The notes below the pieces were generated by a model. It worked only from the letters and a program-made list of their open reading frames with translations, ran no database searches and had not been told where the DNA came from. Below are positions 8,070 to 16,732 of a DNA stretch of 26,751 nt, one piece after another (position 1 is the first letter of the stretch; each line of letters opens with the position of its first letter). The position numbers and the translations under genes were made by a program. The stretch covers positions 1 through 26,751 of the IMG/VR virus record IMGVR_UViG_3300044733_002789, one strand, 5' to 3'. This stretch comes from a virus. Taxonomy: Duplodnaviria; Caudoviricetes.

Positions 8070-11000
8070 TAGCGGTTCAGGAGGCCTCCTCGCTCCATGT
8101 GCCGCTGCAATTGCCGATCGACCATGGGCCCCACCATCGGCACCAACATGCGAGCCAGATCGTTACCCAGGGTTTTAGCGTCGCCGGAGCCGTCGCTGTT
8201 GCTGGTCACGTTGCCGTTGGGGTGGACGTGAACCGCAATATTCACCTGGGTCGACCTGGTGGCGCCGCTATCGCCCTGCGCGTGGTCCACCACAGTCTCC
8301 TGCGGGTGGAGCATGGCCATGAAGCCGCCGCGGCCATCTAGTCCGCCAGATCTGGCGCCATTGCCGGTGAAGCCGCCGCCGGCAAACCTAGGCAAATTGG
8401 TCATCCCTGCCGGCGGCAGCGCCCAATTGCCCACGCTGCCAATGCCAGGGCTAAACGCTGGCGCCTGGGGAAAGCCCGTGCTCAGTCCATAGTTCCCTGT
8501 GAATGATTGCGACATTGTCGGCATTGCAGCCGACGGTGACAGGAACCCCAGCACCTGCATAATGCTTTTTAGAACAAACTGCCGCACAATCATGCGGCTG
8601 GTATCTTCTAATACGCTGGCTGCAAACGCACGAAAATTGCCGCTGCCAGTTGTGGCCAGGCTTACTAGGCTATTCTCCAACCCGCCCATGCTGTTGACGG
8701 TTAGAGACGCAATTGCATCGCGCACATTGCCAATCGATTCGCCATATTGCTTCATCCCCTGCGATAAGCCAGCGCCAGCGGAATCGCGAGATTGATATTC
8801 CCTGATCGCATCGCCCATGGCGAACACATTTTCCAGACGCTGTCGATCGAGGTCGAGCTGCTCTGCGGTGATCCGTTTGAGATCCTCGCGATAGGTAAGC
8901 TCCGCCCGGCCGGACTCGGCAGCCTGAGCCGCGTTATACGCCGCCTGGGCGTCTGGGTTGCCGTTGACACCCTTGAGTAGCTCGGCATAGCGCCGCGCCC
9001 GCTCTGCCCGCTCCGCCTCGAACTCAGCCAGGGCCTTCGCGGCGGGGCCCGTGGCCTCGGCAATCCTCAGCAGCCCCTGGTTAGTGGCCAGCAGCTCGCG
9101 GGCGCTGGCCAGCTGATCGGCTCGGGTTTTCTGCAGCGCCGCGGCTTCCTCGGCGCCCTGCACCTGATTAGCGCCGGCTTGGGCCAGGTCGTAGCCCACA
9201 TTCTCCATGCTGCCGCCGAAAAACATGCGCAACACCTGCTGACGGTGCGGGCCCATGCGGGCCACTCCGCTGGTGGGGGTGACGCCATTGCCGTCCGTGC
9301 GGGTCAGGCTGGCCGTGGGGTTGCCCCCCAGCACCGTGCGGTAGAGCGTCAGCAGGTCGGCGCCCTGGGTGGACATTCCTCGGCCCTTGAATCGATCCTG
9401 GAAAAACTTCACCACAGGCCCCTGAACCTGTTCCTCGAACGATTGGCCAGCATGGGCGCCGTATTTCTTGCGTTCTGGGCCGCCCATTTGAATCAGGCCT
9501 AGATAGTTATTGTCAGAGCCGCCCCACTTGCCTGGGTTAAATGTGCCGCCAGTCTCAAACGAAATAATCGTTGCCAAATCAAGCGGCGATACGCCTAGCT
9601 TGCCGGCGGCGCTGATCAGGGCGCGGGCTTTGCTGCTGGGCTGGAAGCTGGTGCTGGTGCCTGGGCCGCCGCCGCCGCCGACGCCGCCTGGGCCGCCGCC
9701 TGGGCCGCTGCCTGCGCCGCTGCCTGCGCCGCTGCCAACAGTCTTCTCCACCAGCGCACGCATGGCGGGGTCGTCAGGCTTGGTCCCCGCGTACATGCGA
9801 TTGCCGCGAATGCCGCCGCCCTGCTGTTGGCGCGTGACAAAGTCAGCCCAGTTGGGATCAACCGTGCCCCCCTTGACGCTAGGCATGGTCGGCTTAAGCA
9901 ATGCGCCAGTTTTAGGGTCGAACTGCCCCGCAACACCTGCAACGCTATAAGGGCTAAGGTATGTAAACCCTTTAGTGATTATTGGCGAGCCGGGCTTATA
10001 TGGTACGCCTTTGGGTTCAGCTGGCTTGTCAAGCATGCTGCCTACGTCCGTAAGCCTGCGCCATTGCTGATCGGCCTGTATTATCTTGGTCATTAGCTCA
10101 AGCGTCTTGACCAGCGCCGGCAGGTAAGCTCTACCTGCATTAGCTGAAAAATCTTTCCATGCATTACTAAATTGCTTAACAGGATCAACGGCTTGCTTTG
10201 CTGCCTTAGCTGCCTGCCCCTTCAATGTGTCCATATTTTGCAGCGACTTGTTATATCCCTTAAGCCCGTCATTAGTCAATGATACAACGGCCTTAAATCC
10301 GTCAATGTCCGAGAAAAGCACGCCAAGAGCTGACGCGCTACCTTTGGTTTTTACCATTACGTCCTGCAGGAAGCCGCCTAATCCCTTGGCCTGCAAGCCA
10401 GCAACGCTAAACTCTATGCCTAGCGCCGCCGCAAGCTTTTTCGCTTCTTCGGTTGGTTTGATGATGCTTTTGATTGTTTGGTTCAGGCCACTCATTGTGG
10501 TCTCAACCGGTGCGCCCTTGGCTGTCAGCGCCGAGATGGCGGCATTCATCTCCTCAACCGACAGGCCCGCCACCGCAAATGATGGCGCCAGCCGACCAAT
10601 AGATTGCGCGTACTGATCAACTACAATTTTGCCATCATTCTGAGTTTGCACCATTTGATCAACAACCTTTGCAGCTTTATCAGCGGAAAGGTTGAATGAG
10701 TTCATAATGGACGTTGCGCCATCCGCAACGGTTTTAATATCTGAAAAACCGCCAGTGGCGCCTAGTGTCGATGCCTTAAGAATTTTGATAACGTCGTCGG
10801 TTTTGCTAAAGCCAGAGCTAAGGATTTCATAGGCTGCGGCGCCTGCTTCTGCGCTATTCGATAGATTCCCCTGCGCTACAGTTAGCTCCCTGATTTTTGC
10901 CATCAGGGCGTCTGAGTCTGCGGTTAGCGTCCGCACCCGCCGCAGGCTGGCGTATTCGTCCAGCGCCGATCTCGTGCTGCTGGCAACTGCGGCCCCAGCT

Positions 11001-13906
11001 GCTGCCACTCCCGCGCCCGCCACGATGCCGGCAGGACCGCCAGAGAACGCCAGCCCCCCAGCCAGGGCCCCAATGGCGCCCTGCGCACCACCGCCACTGG
11101 CCAGGGTGCCCAGGGCGCTGCCGATTGCCTCGCGGCCAATTCCTTGCCGCTGCATATCCTGCTGTTTTCGCTGGGTTGCGGTCAGCTTGGCCAGCTTCTC
11201 ATCGAGCTGCTGCACCTGCGCCGTCGCCCTGGCATAGGCCGGTGCTGCTGGATTCACCGCGACCCGGAGCGCTTCCCAGGCGCTGCGTTGCCGCTGCAGG
11301 CTGCTGACGCTGCCGTTGCTTGCCGCCGTCACCCGATCGATGGTGATGAACAGCTCGGCAAGGGCGCCCCGTGTGCGCTGGCTGGCTTGCGCGGTGGCAT
11401 TGCTGGCCACGCCGAATTGAGGGCCGGCGTAGTCGCTGGCGCCACCGAACGCGGCACGGCGAGAGCGATCGACGCCCATGATCAATGGCCGCTCGCCGCC
11501 GCCAGCGGCAATGGCTGCCCTGGCACCGCCGCCAAAGCCGCGGCTATCAATTGCGCCTTGGAAGGCGGTCTGCCCTGCTGCTGGGAGGGCCAGCGTGCGA
11601 GCTGGGGCCCCAGCAAATGCCGGTGTGTATCGTGCCCGCGCCAGCAGGCCGGCCTCCAGTGCAGCCGCTGCGGCCTGCTGGGATGCAGCGATCTGATCGA
11701 GCTGCCGATCCAAGGCCTTCAGCTGGTCGGCCGCTCGCGCAAAAACTGGCGCTGCTGGGTTGACCGCGTTTTGCAGCGCAGCCCATGCCGTTCGCTGTTG
11801 GTTGATGCTGCCGATGCTGCCATTGCTGGCAGCTGTAACCCGGTCGATCTGCAGGTACAGCTCAGCCAGGGCGCCACGGGTGCGCTGGGCGGCATCCTGT
11901 TGTTGCCGCAACACCGCATCAGATCGGCTGGCCATCACCTGGCCGATGTCGTCGCGGGTGCCGGCGGTTTCGAAGCTGCCGCCTCGCAGTCGCCGCATGC
12001 CGTCACCGACGCCAAAGCCCGCGGCATCGACGCGACCTTGGAAGCTGGTCTGCCCGGCTGCCGGGAGGGCCAGCGTGCGCGATGGCGGGAACGCTGCAGC
12101 AGCCCGAGCCGCAAGCGCCGCCTGCCGCTCTGCCTCGGCAGTCGCTTTTACCGCAGCCGTGAGCTGTTGCTGAGCCTCCAGCCGATCGCGGACGCCCTGC
12201 ACCAGCGCCTTCTGCTCACCCTTGATCCGGTTGATCTCCCGCTCAGCCGACACCACGGCATTGGCTGCTCGACGGGCCTCCGCCGAATCGCTGGGCACCT
12301 CGCCCAACCGCTGCAGGTTGCGATCCCTCAGCTCTTGCTGGGCCTCCAATCGAGCGTTGGGCACCTTGTCGTAGATGCGCACCAGATCGCTCAAAACCTT
12401 CTGGGCGCCGTCGCTGATGCCACGGAATGAGGCCTCTAGATCGGCCTGCGCTGCATCGGCCTGGCGACTCAGAACCTGATAGACCCCAGCAATTGCCAGC
12501 GATGCCACGCCGGCCGCAGCCGACGCTTCAGGCCCGATAGCGCTGATGGCGTTGCCAATGGCCTCGAATGGCCCAGATAGCGCCGTCAGTTTGGCTTGGG
12601 CAGCGGTGAGAGATGCCGACCACTGGCCCACGCTGTTGGCCGCTGCTGCCGCCGGTTCTGATAGCAGGCCGCCCAGGGGTTTCAACACCCCAGGCATTGC
12701 TGCGGCCTTGGCCGCAATCGCATCGAGGCTGTTGGCCAAGCCCTGTGCGCCGCCGGCCATGCCGCCCAGGCCCGATGCCATCCCCATGCCGGCGGCACCG
12801 GCAACACCAGATGCTGCCAGCCCTTCACCGGTGAGCACCACCCGGCCCATCATTGAGCGGGCTAGGTCCTGGCGCATCGCCACAATGTTTTGCACGGCGC
12901 CGACCGTGCCCCGCGCCACGTTGCCAGGGGTGACCTGGAGGCCCTTGCTCAGATCGAGGCTGGCGGCCTTCTGGCGCAGTGCGTCGATCTCGCGGCCAAC
13001 CCGTCGGTAGGCGTCGCCGGCCTCACCTAGCGTCGCCTGCAGCAGGGTGACCTGACGCGACTGCTGAGCGACGGATTCACCTGCGGCCTTTGAAAATAAT
13101 TTCCAGCCGCGAATCCCAGGCTCCCAGGCCAGCCCGATCTGTACCGCGCGATCTTTGAGTTTGTCTAGTTCTGCCGTGTGCTGGCGAATATCGCCACCAC
13201 CTCGCCGCATCAATTCTATAAATTCCCGCTGCTCCTGAATTTGCTGACCCAGTGAGTCAGCGTGCGCCTGCCCAGCTGCAGCAGCGCGTTTCAGGTTGTT
13301 GGCATTATTGCTAGATTCAATATCTGCGGCTTTGGTAATCGCCGTAAGCCGCTGAATATCGCTGCTCAGTGCATTAAAGGTGCTGCCGTTAATCTCCGCT
13401 TGGCTGCGTAGATTCTTTAGCGCAGTGAGCTGCAGATTTATGGAGCGCTCAGATTGAGTATTGGCGGCACCATATTGCAAAACGCTTTCGCGTAATTTTG
13501 CTAGTTGCGCTTCGGCCGGCTGCAGGAAATCTTGCAGCTTGCGAATGCTAGCGGCGCCTTTCACCGCCGATCCGCTCAGCCCATCAAAGGCGCCGGTGCT
13601 CTGGCCCTTGATCCGCTGAAAATCAGCACCCAGGGCCTTGGCCTCGCCGCCCATCCGCCGCATCTCAGCAGCGCCGGCCTGGGCACCGGTGCGCAAGGCC
13701 TGGAGCGCTACCGCCTGACTCCTGGCTGCTGCGCCGGCTCGCGCCGATTCATTGGCGGCCCGGCTGGCTTCCTGCGCCGCCTGCTGTAGGCCGGTGCTGG
13801 CATTTTTGGCCGAGCTTTCGACCCCCTGCAACCCTTCGCCCAGCGTCTTGATCTCATTGACGCCAGCAACCTGGGCCGAGATCCTCAGGATTGCGTCTTG
13901 ACTCAC
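8069..13906 (-). CDS. Tail tape measure protein with embedded lysozyme/transglycosylase-like domain
   Basis: 1945 aa, Ala/Gln-rich helical. GTG start preceded by AGGAGG. TP901-type core (~10130-10960), lambda-type C-terminal domain (~8555-8770), FAGGGFTG...LHPQETVV tail motif; lies between the chaperone and gpM. Confidence 0.93.
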   Translation of the reverse strand: MSQDAILRISAQVAGVNEIKTLGEGLQGVESSAKNASTGLQQAAQEASRAANESARAGAAARSQAVALQALRTGAQAGAAEMRRMGGEAKALGADFQRIKGQSTGAFDGLSGSAVKGAASIRKLQDFLQPAEAQLAKLRESVLQYGAANTQSERSINLQLTALKNLRSQAEINGSTFNALSSDIQRLTAITKAADIESSNNANNLKRAAAAGQAHADSLGQQIQEQREFIELMRRGGGDIRQHTAELDKLKDRAVQIGLAWEPGIRGWKLFSKAAGESVAQQSRQVTLLQATLGEAGDAYRRVGREIDALRQKAASLDLSKGLQVTPGNVARGTVGAVQNIVAMRQDLARSMMGRVVLTGEGLAASGVAGAAGMGMASGLGGMAGGAQGLANSLDAIAAKAAAMPGVLKPLGGLLSEPAAAAANSVGQWSASLTAAQAKLTALSGPFEAIGNAISAIGPEASAAAGVASLAIAGVYQVLSRQADAAQADLEASFRGISDGAQKVLSDLVRIYDKVPNARLEAQQELRDRNLQRLGEVPSDSAEARRAANAVVSAEREINRIKGEQKALVQGVRDRLEAQQQLTAAVKATAEAERQAALAARAAAAFPPSRTLALPAAGQTSFQGRVDAAGFGVGDGMRRLRGGSFETAGTRDDIGQVMASRSDAVLRQQQDAAQRTRGALAELYLQIDRVTAASNGSIGSINQQRTAWAALQNAVNPAAPVFARAADQLKALDRQLDQIAASQQAAAAALEAGLLARARYTPAFAGAPARTLALPAAGQTAFQGAIDSRGFGGGARAAIAAGGGERPLIMGVDRSRRAAFGGASDYAGPQFGVASNATAQASQRTRGALAELFITIDRVTAASNGSVSSLQRQRSAWEALRVAVNPAAPAYARATAQVQQLDEKLAKLTATQRKQQDMQRQGIGREAIGSALGTLASGGGAQGAIGALAGGLAFSGGPAGIVAGAGVAAAGAAVASSTRSALDEYASLRRVRTLTADSDALMAKIRELTVAQGNLSNSAEAGAAAYEILSSGFSKTDDVIKILKASTLGATGGFSDIKTVADGATSIMNSFNLSADKAAKVVDQMVQTQNDGKIVVDQYAQSIGRLAPSFAVAGLSVEEMNAAISALTAKGAPVETTMSGLNQTIKSIIKPTEEAKKLAAALGIEFSVAGLQAKGLGGFLQDVMVKTKGSASALGVLFSDIDGFKAVVSLTNDGLKGYNKSLQNMDTLKGQAAKAAKQAVDPVKQFSNAWKDFSANAGRAYLPALVKTLELMTKIIQADQQWRRLTDVGSMLDKPAEPKGVPYKPGSPIITKGFTYLSPYSVAGVAGQFDPKTGALLKPTMPSVKGGTVDPNWADFVTRQQQGGGIRGNRMYAGTKPDDPAMRALVEKTVGSGAGSGAGSGPGGGPGGVGGGGGPGTSTSFQPSSKARALISAAGKLGVSPLDLATIISFETGGTFNPGKWGGSDNNYLGLIQMGGPERKKYGAHAGQSFEEQVQGPVVKFFQDRFKGRGMSTQGADLLTLYRTVLGGNPTASLTRTDGNGVTPTSGVARMGPHRQQVLRMFFGGSMENVGYDLAQAGANQVQGAEEAAALQKTRADQLASARELLATNQGLLRIAEATGPAAKALAEFEAERAERARRYAELLKGVNGNPDAQAAYNAAQAAESGRAELTYREDLKRITAEQLDLDRQRLENVFAMGDAIREYQSRDSAGAGLSQGMKQYGESIGNVRDAIASLTVNSMGGLENSLVSLATTGSGNFRAFAASVLEDTSRMIVRQFVLKSIMQVLGFLSPSAAMPTMSQSFTGNYGLSTGFPQAPAFSPGIGSVGNWALPPAGMTNLPRFAGGGFTGNGARSGGLDGRGGFMAMLHPQETVVDHAQGDSGATRSTQVNIAVHVHPNGNVTSNSDGSGDAKTLGNDLARMLVPMVGPMVDRQLQRHMERGGLLNR
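11192..12079 (-). repeat. Internal ~160-aa duplication within the tape measure gene
   Basis: RTLALPAAGQT(S/A)FQG begins at 12079 and 11599 (480 nt apart). QRTRGALAEL..IDRVTAASNGS...AVNPAAP also occurs twice (~507 nt apart). Confidence 0.9.
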
Positions 13907-13908
13907 GA

Positions 13909-14256
13909 CTAGGCCTCCTGTGCGCGAAGAGCAGTGAGCGCGGCATGCTCCATCACCCGCAACCGCTCCACCATGGCCCGGTGGTCAGGCACCTCGTAGA
14001 GCTCAAACAGCTTGCCTGGGCCCAGATAGGTATTGAGGTCGAGGCATTCTCGACCGTTCATACTGAATTGCCACTGCCCTCGACAGAACATCATCACGGC
14101 CTCCCAGTTGGCGGGGAGCACCGGATAATCAATGGCTGCAGGCTCGGGCATGGCGGGGAGTGCTACACCGAAGGCTGCGGCGGCGGCGATGGCGTCGGGA
14201 GAGTAGGGGGCTTTTCGCTTACCGCCGGTTGCCCAGTATTCAGCGGCGCCGAGTAG
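13909..14256 (-). CDS. gpT-like (DUF1799-like) extension of the tail assembly chaperone, reached by -1 frameshift
   Basis: The -1 frame after the slippery site reads LLGAAEYWATGGKRKAPYSPDAIAAAAAFGVALPA and runs without a stop into the listed 80-aa ORF (VLPANWEAVMMF...QW...LRVMEHAAL). Confidence 0.85.
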   Translation of the reverse strand, partial: LLGAAEYWATGGKRKAPYSPDAIAAAAAFGVALPAMPEPAAIDYPVLPANWEAVMMFCRGQWQFSMNGRECLDLNTYLGPGKLFELYEVPDHRAMVERLRVMEHAALTALRAQEA

Positions 14257-14648
14257 TTTTTTTCTTCGCCTTCAGTGTCGAGGCTTTCGATCCATCTGTC
14301 GATAATGGCCCGCAAAGCGCCTTTAATGCTGAGCACTCTGTTCCGAGCAACTTCATCAAATAGCACGGAATTGCCCCCAGGCTCAACGATGTCATCCCAG
14401 CCGCCCAGGATGATGTCAACTATCTGCCGATCGGTTCGGGGCTCCCTGGTTTTTTCGTCTTCTGTTAGCTCATCTTGCTGCCCAGCGGCCCGCCAGAAAT
14501 CAACGAATACATCCCTGATTTGCTGTACGTCCAATCTATGAAACCGCGCCGTAAATTTGATCTCTACTGGCGTGCTGGGGCTGTCGCCCGCCACTTTCCA
14601 GCTCACCTCGCGCGGGTAGGTGGGAGACAGGTCAAGAACAAAGGTCAT
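14163..14648 (-). CDS. Tail assembly chaperone (gpG-like)
   Basis: 161 aa between tail tube and tape measure; FTARFHRL, ILGGWDDI; has the EKN slippery codons near its end. Confidence 0.85.
   Translation of the reverse strand: MTFVLDLSPTYPREVSWKVAGDSPSTPVEIKFTARFHRLDVQQIRDVFVDFWRAAGQQDELTEDEKTREPRTDRQIVDIILGGWDDIVEPGGNSVLFDEVARNRVLSIKGALRAIIDRWIESLDTEGEEKNYSAPLNTGQPAVSEKPPTLPTPSPPPQPSV
14256..14262 (-). promoter_or_regulatory. -1 programmed ribosomal frameshift heptamer A AAA AAC
   Basis: Coding strand GAA GAA AAA AAC TAC matches X XXY YYZ in the correct frame. A possible stem CCGCTG...CGGCGG starts about 9 nt downstream. Confidence 0.85.
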
Positions 14649-14696
14649 GGTGGTGGTGAGTGGGGATCGGGCTAGAGAGTCTGAGCCAGCAGACGC

Positions 14697-15650
14697 TTAG
14701 GTAAATGCAAACGTGTGGCCATCGTTGCCTGTAGTGCTGGGAAGCAAAATGCCCGGCACCGTCATCATTACCACCCCGTTGTCGCTGCTATAAGAAGGAA
14801 TCAGCGTCTTGGCCCTGGCAGCTGCAAATGCCACGCGGTTGCCGTTGGTAATGCCTTGGGTGACACCGAGGGCCCCAGTGGTATTAGTAAGCGCAGCTGC
14901 AAATGGGTCGAATACCGATTGCAGCGGGGCCTCGTAGACGGCTTCGAACATCGTGGTCTGCATACCGGTGATCAACACCTCTTTGGCGCCACCTGGCCGG
15001 GAGTTATAAATCGTGTCATTTGTCAACGTCACCCGGAAGCTTTGCAAATACGGAGCGGTATAACCCGCAATGTTTATGTTCAGCGTATTGCCCAGGGTGA
15101 CCGGTAGCGCAAGCGGCGCTGTAGTGGAGAATGTATAAGTAGGCAGCGCCGTTGTAACGGGGCCTGCGTAGATTCCAATGCCCTGGAAGGTAAAGTAGCC
15201 CTTATCGTTATTAACCAGCTCAAATGTCACTGAAGAGCCGCGCCAACCGGTGACGGCGTGGCGGGAGCCGTTGTACCAGATGTGGCAAGTGACGCTAGTA
15301 GCGGCGGCGCCAATTGTACTAATCTCGGAATAAGTATTAGACGTGGTGGCTACAGTAGTCAGCGCGTGGCGGGTGGCCTGTAGCAGTGGGCCATAGCGCG
15401 GCGCAGTACCGGCGGCGCCGCTGCCGTTGACCTCCACCTTGAAATTGACCGCGTAATGCTCGCCGACAACCATTTGCCGCTGGCCGCCCATAAACGGCCG
15501 CACCAGGCTCTCGGTGATAACTTCCCCGCGCATCTCGGGGATTACCGGTTCAACGCAAAGAATAGCGTCATTGGCTGTAGGAACAGCATCGACGCCATAG
15601 GCGGTCTCCAGCTTGACCAGCGCTAGGTTTTCAACTGCAAAATTGGCCAT
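14697..15650 (-). CDS. Major tail tube protein
   Basis: 317 aa, beta-rich; KLETAYGVDAVPT and GSGAAGTAPRYGPLLQA motifs; located between terminator and chaperone. Confidence 0.85.
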   Translation of the reverse strand: MANFAVENLALVKLETAYGVDAVPTANDAILCVEPVIPEMRGEVITESLVRPFMGGQRQMVVGEHYAVNFKVEVNGSGAAGTAPRYGPLLQATRHALTTVATTSNTYSEISTIGAAATSVTCHIWYNGSRHAVTGWRGSSVTFELVNNDKGYFTFQGIGIYAGPVTTALPTYTFSTTAPLALPVTLGNTLNINIAGYTAPYLQSFRVTLTNDTIYNSRPGGAKEVLITGMQTTMFEAVYEAPLQSVFDPFAAALTNTTGALGVTQGITNGNRVAFAAARAKTLIPSYSSDNGVVMMTVPGILLPSTTGNDGHTFAFT

Positions 15651-15652
15651 GA

Positions 15653-15820
15653 TTATTTACCGAGGGCTGGGGTGGAGGGCTTGGTAGGCTTGGTAGGCTC
15701 GGGAGCCTCCGCGGGCAACGCAGGCTCTGTGATGAGCGTGCGCTTCCCGGTCGCAGGGTCGAGTTCGTAGCTGCCGCCGTGGCCAGCAGCAAACATTTCA
15801 TCTGCAGTCAGGCTAGCCAC
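15653..15820 (-). CDS. Small hypothetical phage protein (55 aa; not in ORF track)
   Basis: GTG at 15820 (or ATG at 15796) to TAA 15653: ASLTADEMFAAGHGGSYELDPATGKRTLITEPALPAEAPEPTKPTKPSTPALGK. It fills the gap and stops 2 nt before the tail tube ATG. Confidence 0.75.
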   Translation of the reverse strand: MASLTADEMFAAGHGGSYELDPATGKRTLITEPALPAEAPEPTKPTKPSTPALGK

Positions 15821-15830
15821 TCCGATCCCC

Positions 15831-16259
15831 CTAGATAGTTGCGGTCGGGTCGTCGCGCCGGTGGCGGAAACGAACCTCGAACCTCAGCCTAGCGATTCCG
15901 ATCTCTCCCACGGCACGATCCCACTCTGTCCCGTCGGGCACGATGTCCCAGGCCAAGCTTCCCAGGGTGCGGGGGCTGGCCATCAGCCGCTGACTGATTT
16001 CAACGCGGATCGGATCGGCCAATGTGCTGAGCGGCCGGCCTGAGACGCAGATGTCGATGAAGGCCTTCAGCCGGCAGTCCACCACGGGCACCGTTCCAGC
16101 GCTGCTGATCTCAGCGTCGCAGCTCAGGATCAGGCACGGGCATTCGTCGCGGCTGGGCGGCTCCTCGCGCTCGCGCCAGATCCTCGTGCCTACCTGCGGC
16201 ACGCCCTGCAGCAGGGCCTCGACGGCCACCATGATGCGCTCACTGATGCTGCTGGTCAT
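15831..16259 (-). CDS. Tail terminator / tail completion protein (gpU-like)
   Basis: 142 aa; SISERIMVAVEALL, RIWRERE, LADPIRVEISQRLM, LRFEVRFR; upstream of the tail tube. Confidence 0.75.
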   Translation of the reverse strand: MTSSISERIMVAVEALLQGVPQVGTRIWREREEPPSRDECPCLILSCDAEISSAGTVPVVDCRLKAFIDICVSGRPLSTLADPIRVEISQRLMASPRTLGSLAWDIVPDGTEWDRAVGEIGIARLRFEVRFRHRRDDPTATI

Positions 16260-16305
16260 GGCCGGCGGCTATAGGGGTCAGGGTCGAGAGTCCGAGCGCC
16301 AGGGG

Positions 16306-16458
16306 TCAGCGCATGCGGCTGTAGGGGAACGCACGACGCGCGGCGCTCAGCACCAGCTGTAACACGCTGTTGCTCCGCAGCCTGCTCATGCCAATCAGCT
16401 CGCTGGTGACAAACAGCGCCAGGCCTGCATACTGCGCATAGTCGCTGGAGATGGTCAT
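16306..16458 (-). CDS. Small membrane protein, holin-like (50 aa; not in ORF track)
   Basis: ATG 16458 to TGA 16306: MTISSDYAQYAGLALFVTSELIGMSRLRSNSVLQLVLSAARRAFPYSRMR. Hydrophobic helix, amphipathic helix and basic tail; GAGG upstream. Confidence 0.7.
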   Translation of the reverse strand: MTISSDYAQYAGLALFVTSELIGMSRLRSNSVLQLVLSAARRAFPYSRMR

Positions 16459-16504
16459 GGAGTGCCTCTGTCTGGCTACAGGCTACTGCCAACAGCCGGC
16501 CAGC

Positions 16505-16720
16505 TCACAGGCCGCCATCCCTCAGTCGTTCGTCGTGGCGGTCGGCGACCTGCTCCAGTCGGTTGATCTGGCTCTGCTGGTTTTTTATCACCTCCAGGAT
16601 CTTGCTCTCGAACGAGCCGAGGCCCCTGGCGATTTTGAACAGCGCCGTGGCGCCAGCGGAGCCCACCCCCAGCAGAGACAGGCCCAGTGCCGCAAGCGCA
16701 ATCATGGCATCAACTCCCAT
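16505..16720 (-). CDS. Small single-TM + coiled-coil protein (holin/hemolysin-XhlA-like architecture)
   Basis: 71 aa; hydrophobic N-terminus (AMIALAALGLSLLGVGSAGATALF) then heptad-like ILEVIKNQQSQINRLEQVADRHDERL. Confidence 0.65.
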   Translation of the reverse strand: MGVDAMIALAALGLSLLGVGSAGATALFKIARGLGSFESKILEVIKNQQSQINRLEQVADRHDERLRDGGL

Positions 16721-16732
16721 GGCCTCAGGCTA
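16718..16732 (-). promoter_or_regulatory. TAGCCT-GAGGCC-ATG motif before the 71-aa membrane protein
   Basis: TAnnnT hexamer exactly 6 nt before the ATG. Confidence 0.55.

Noticed and set aside
11144-12430. 428-aa plus-strand ORF and other antisense ORFs (e.g. 6284-7051, 24322-24960)
   Set aside because: Antisense shadows of GC-rich coding genes with no recognisable motifs.
14665-14696. Intrinsic terminator after the tail tube gene
   Set aside because: Only a 5-bp stem (GTCTG/CAGAC) with no U-tract.
16256-16492. 78-aa minus-strand ORF in the track
   Set aside because: An overlapping frame (16306-16458) gives a more protein-like membrane peptide with an ATG and upstream GAGG.
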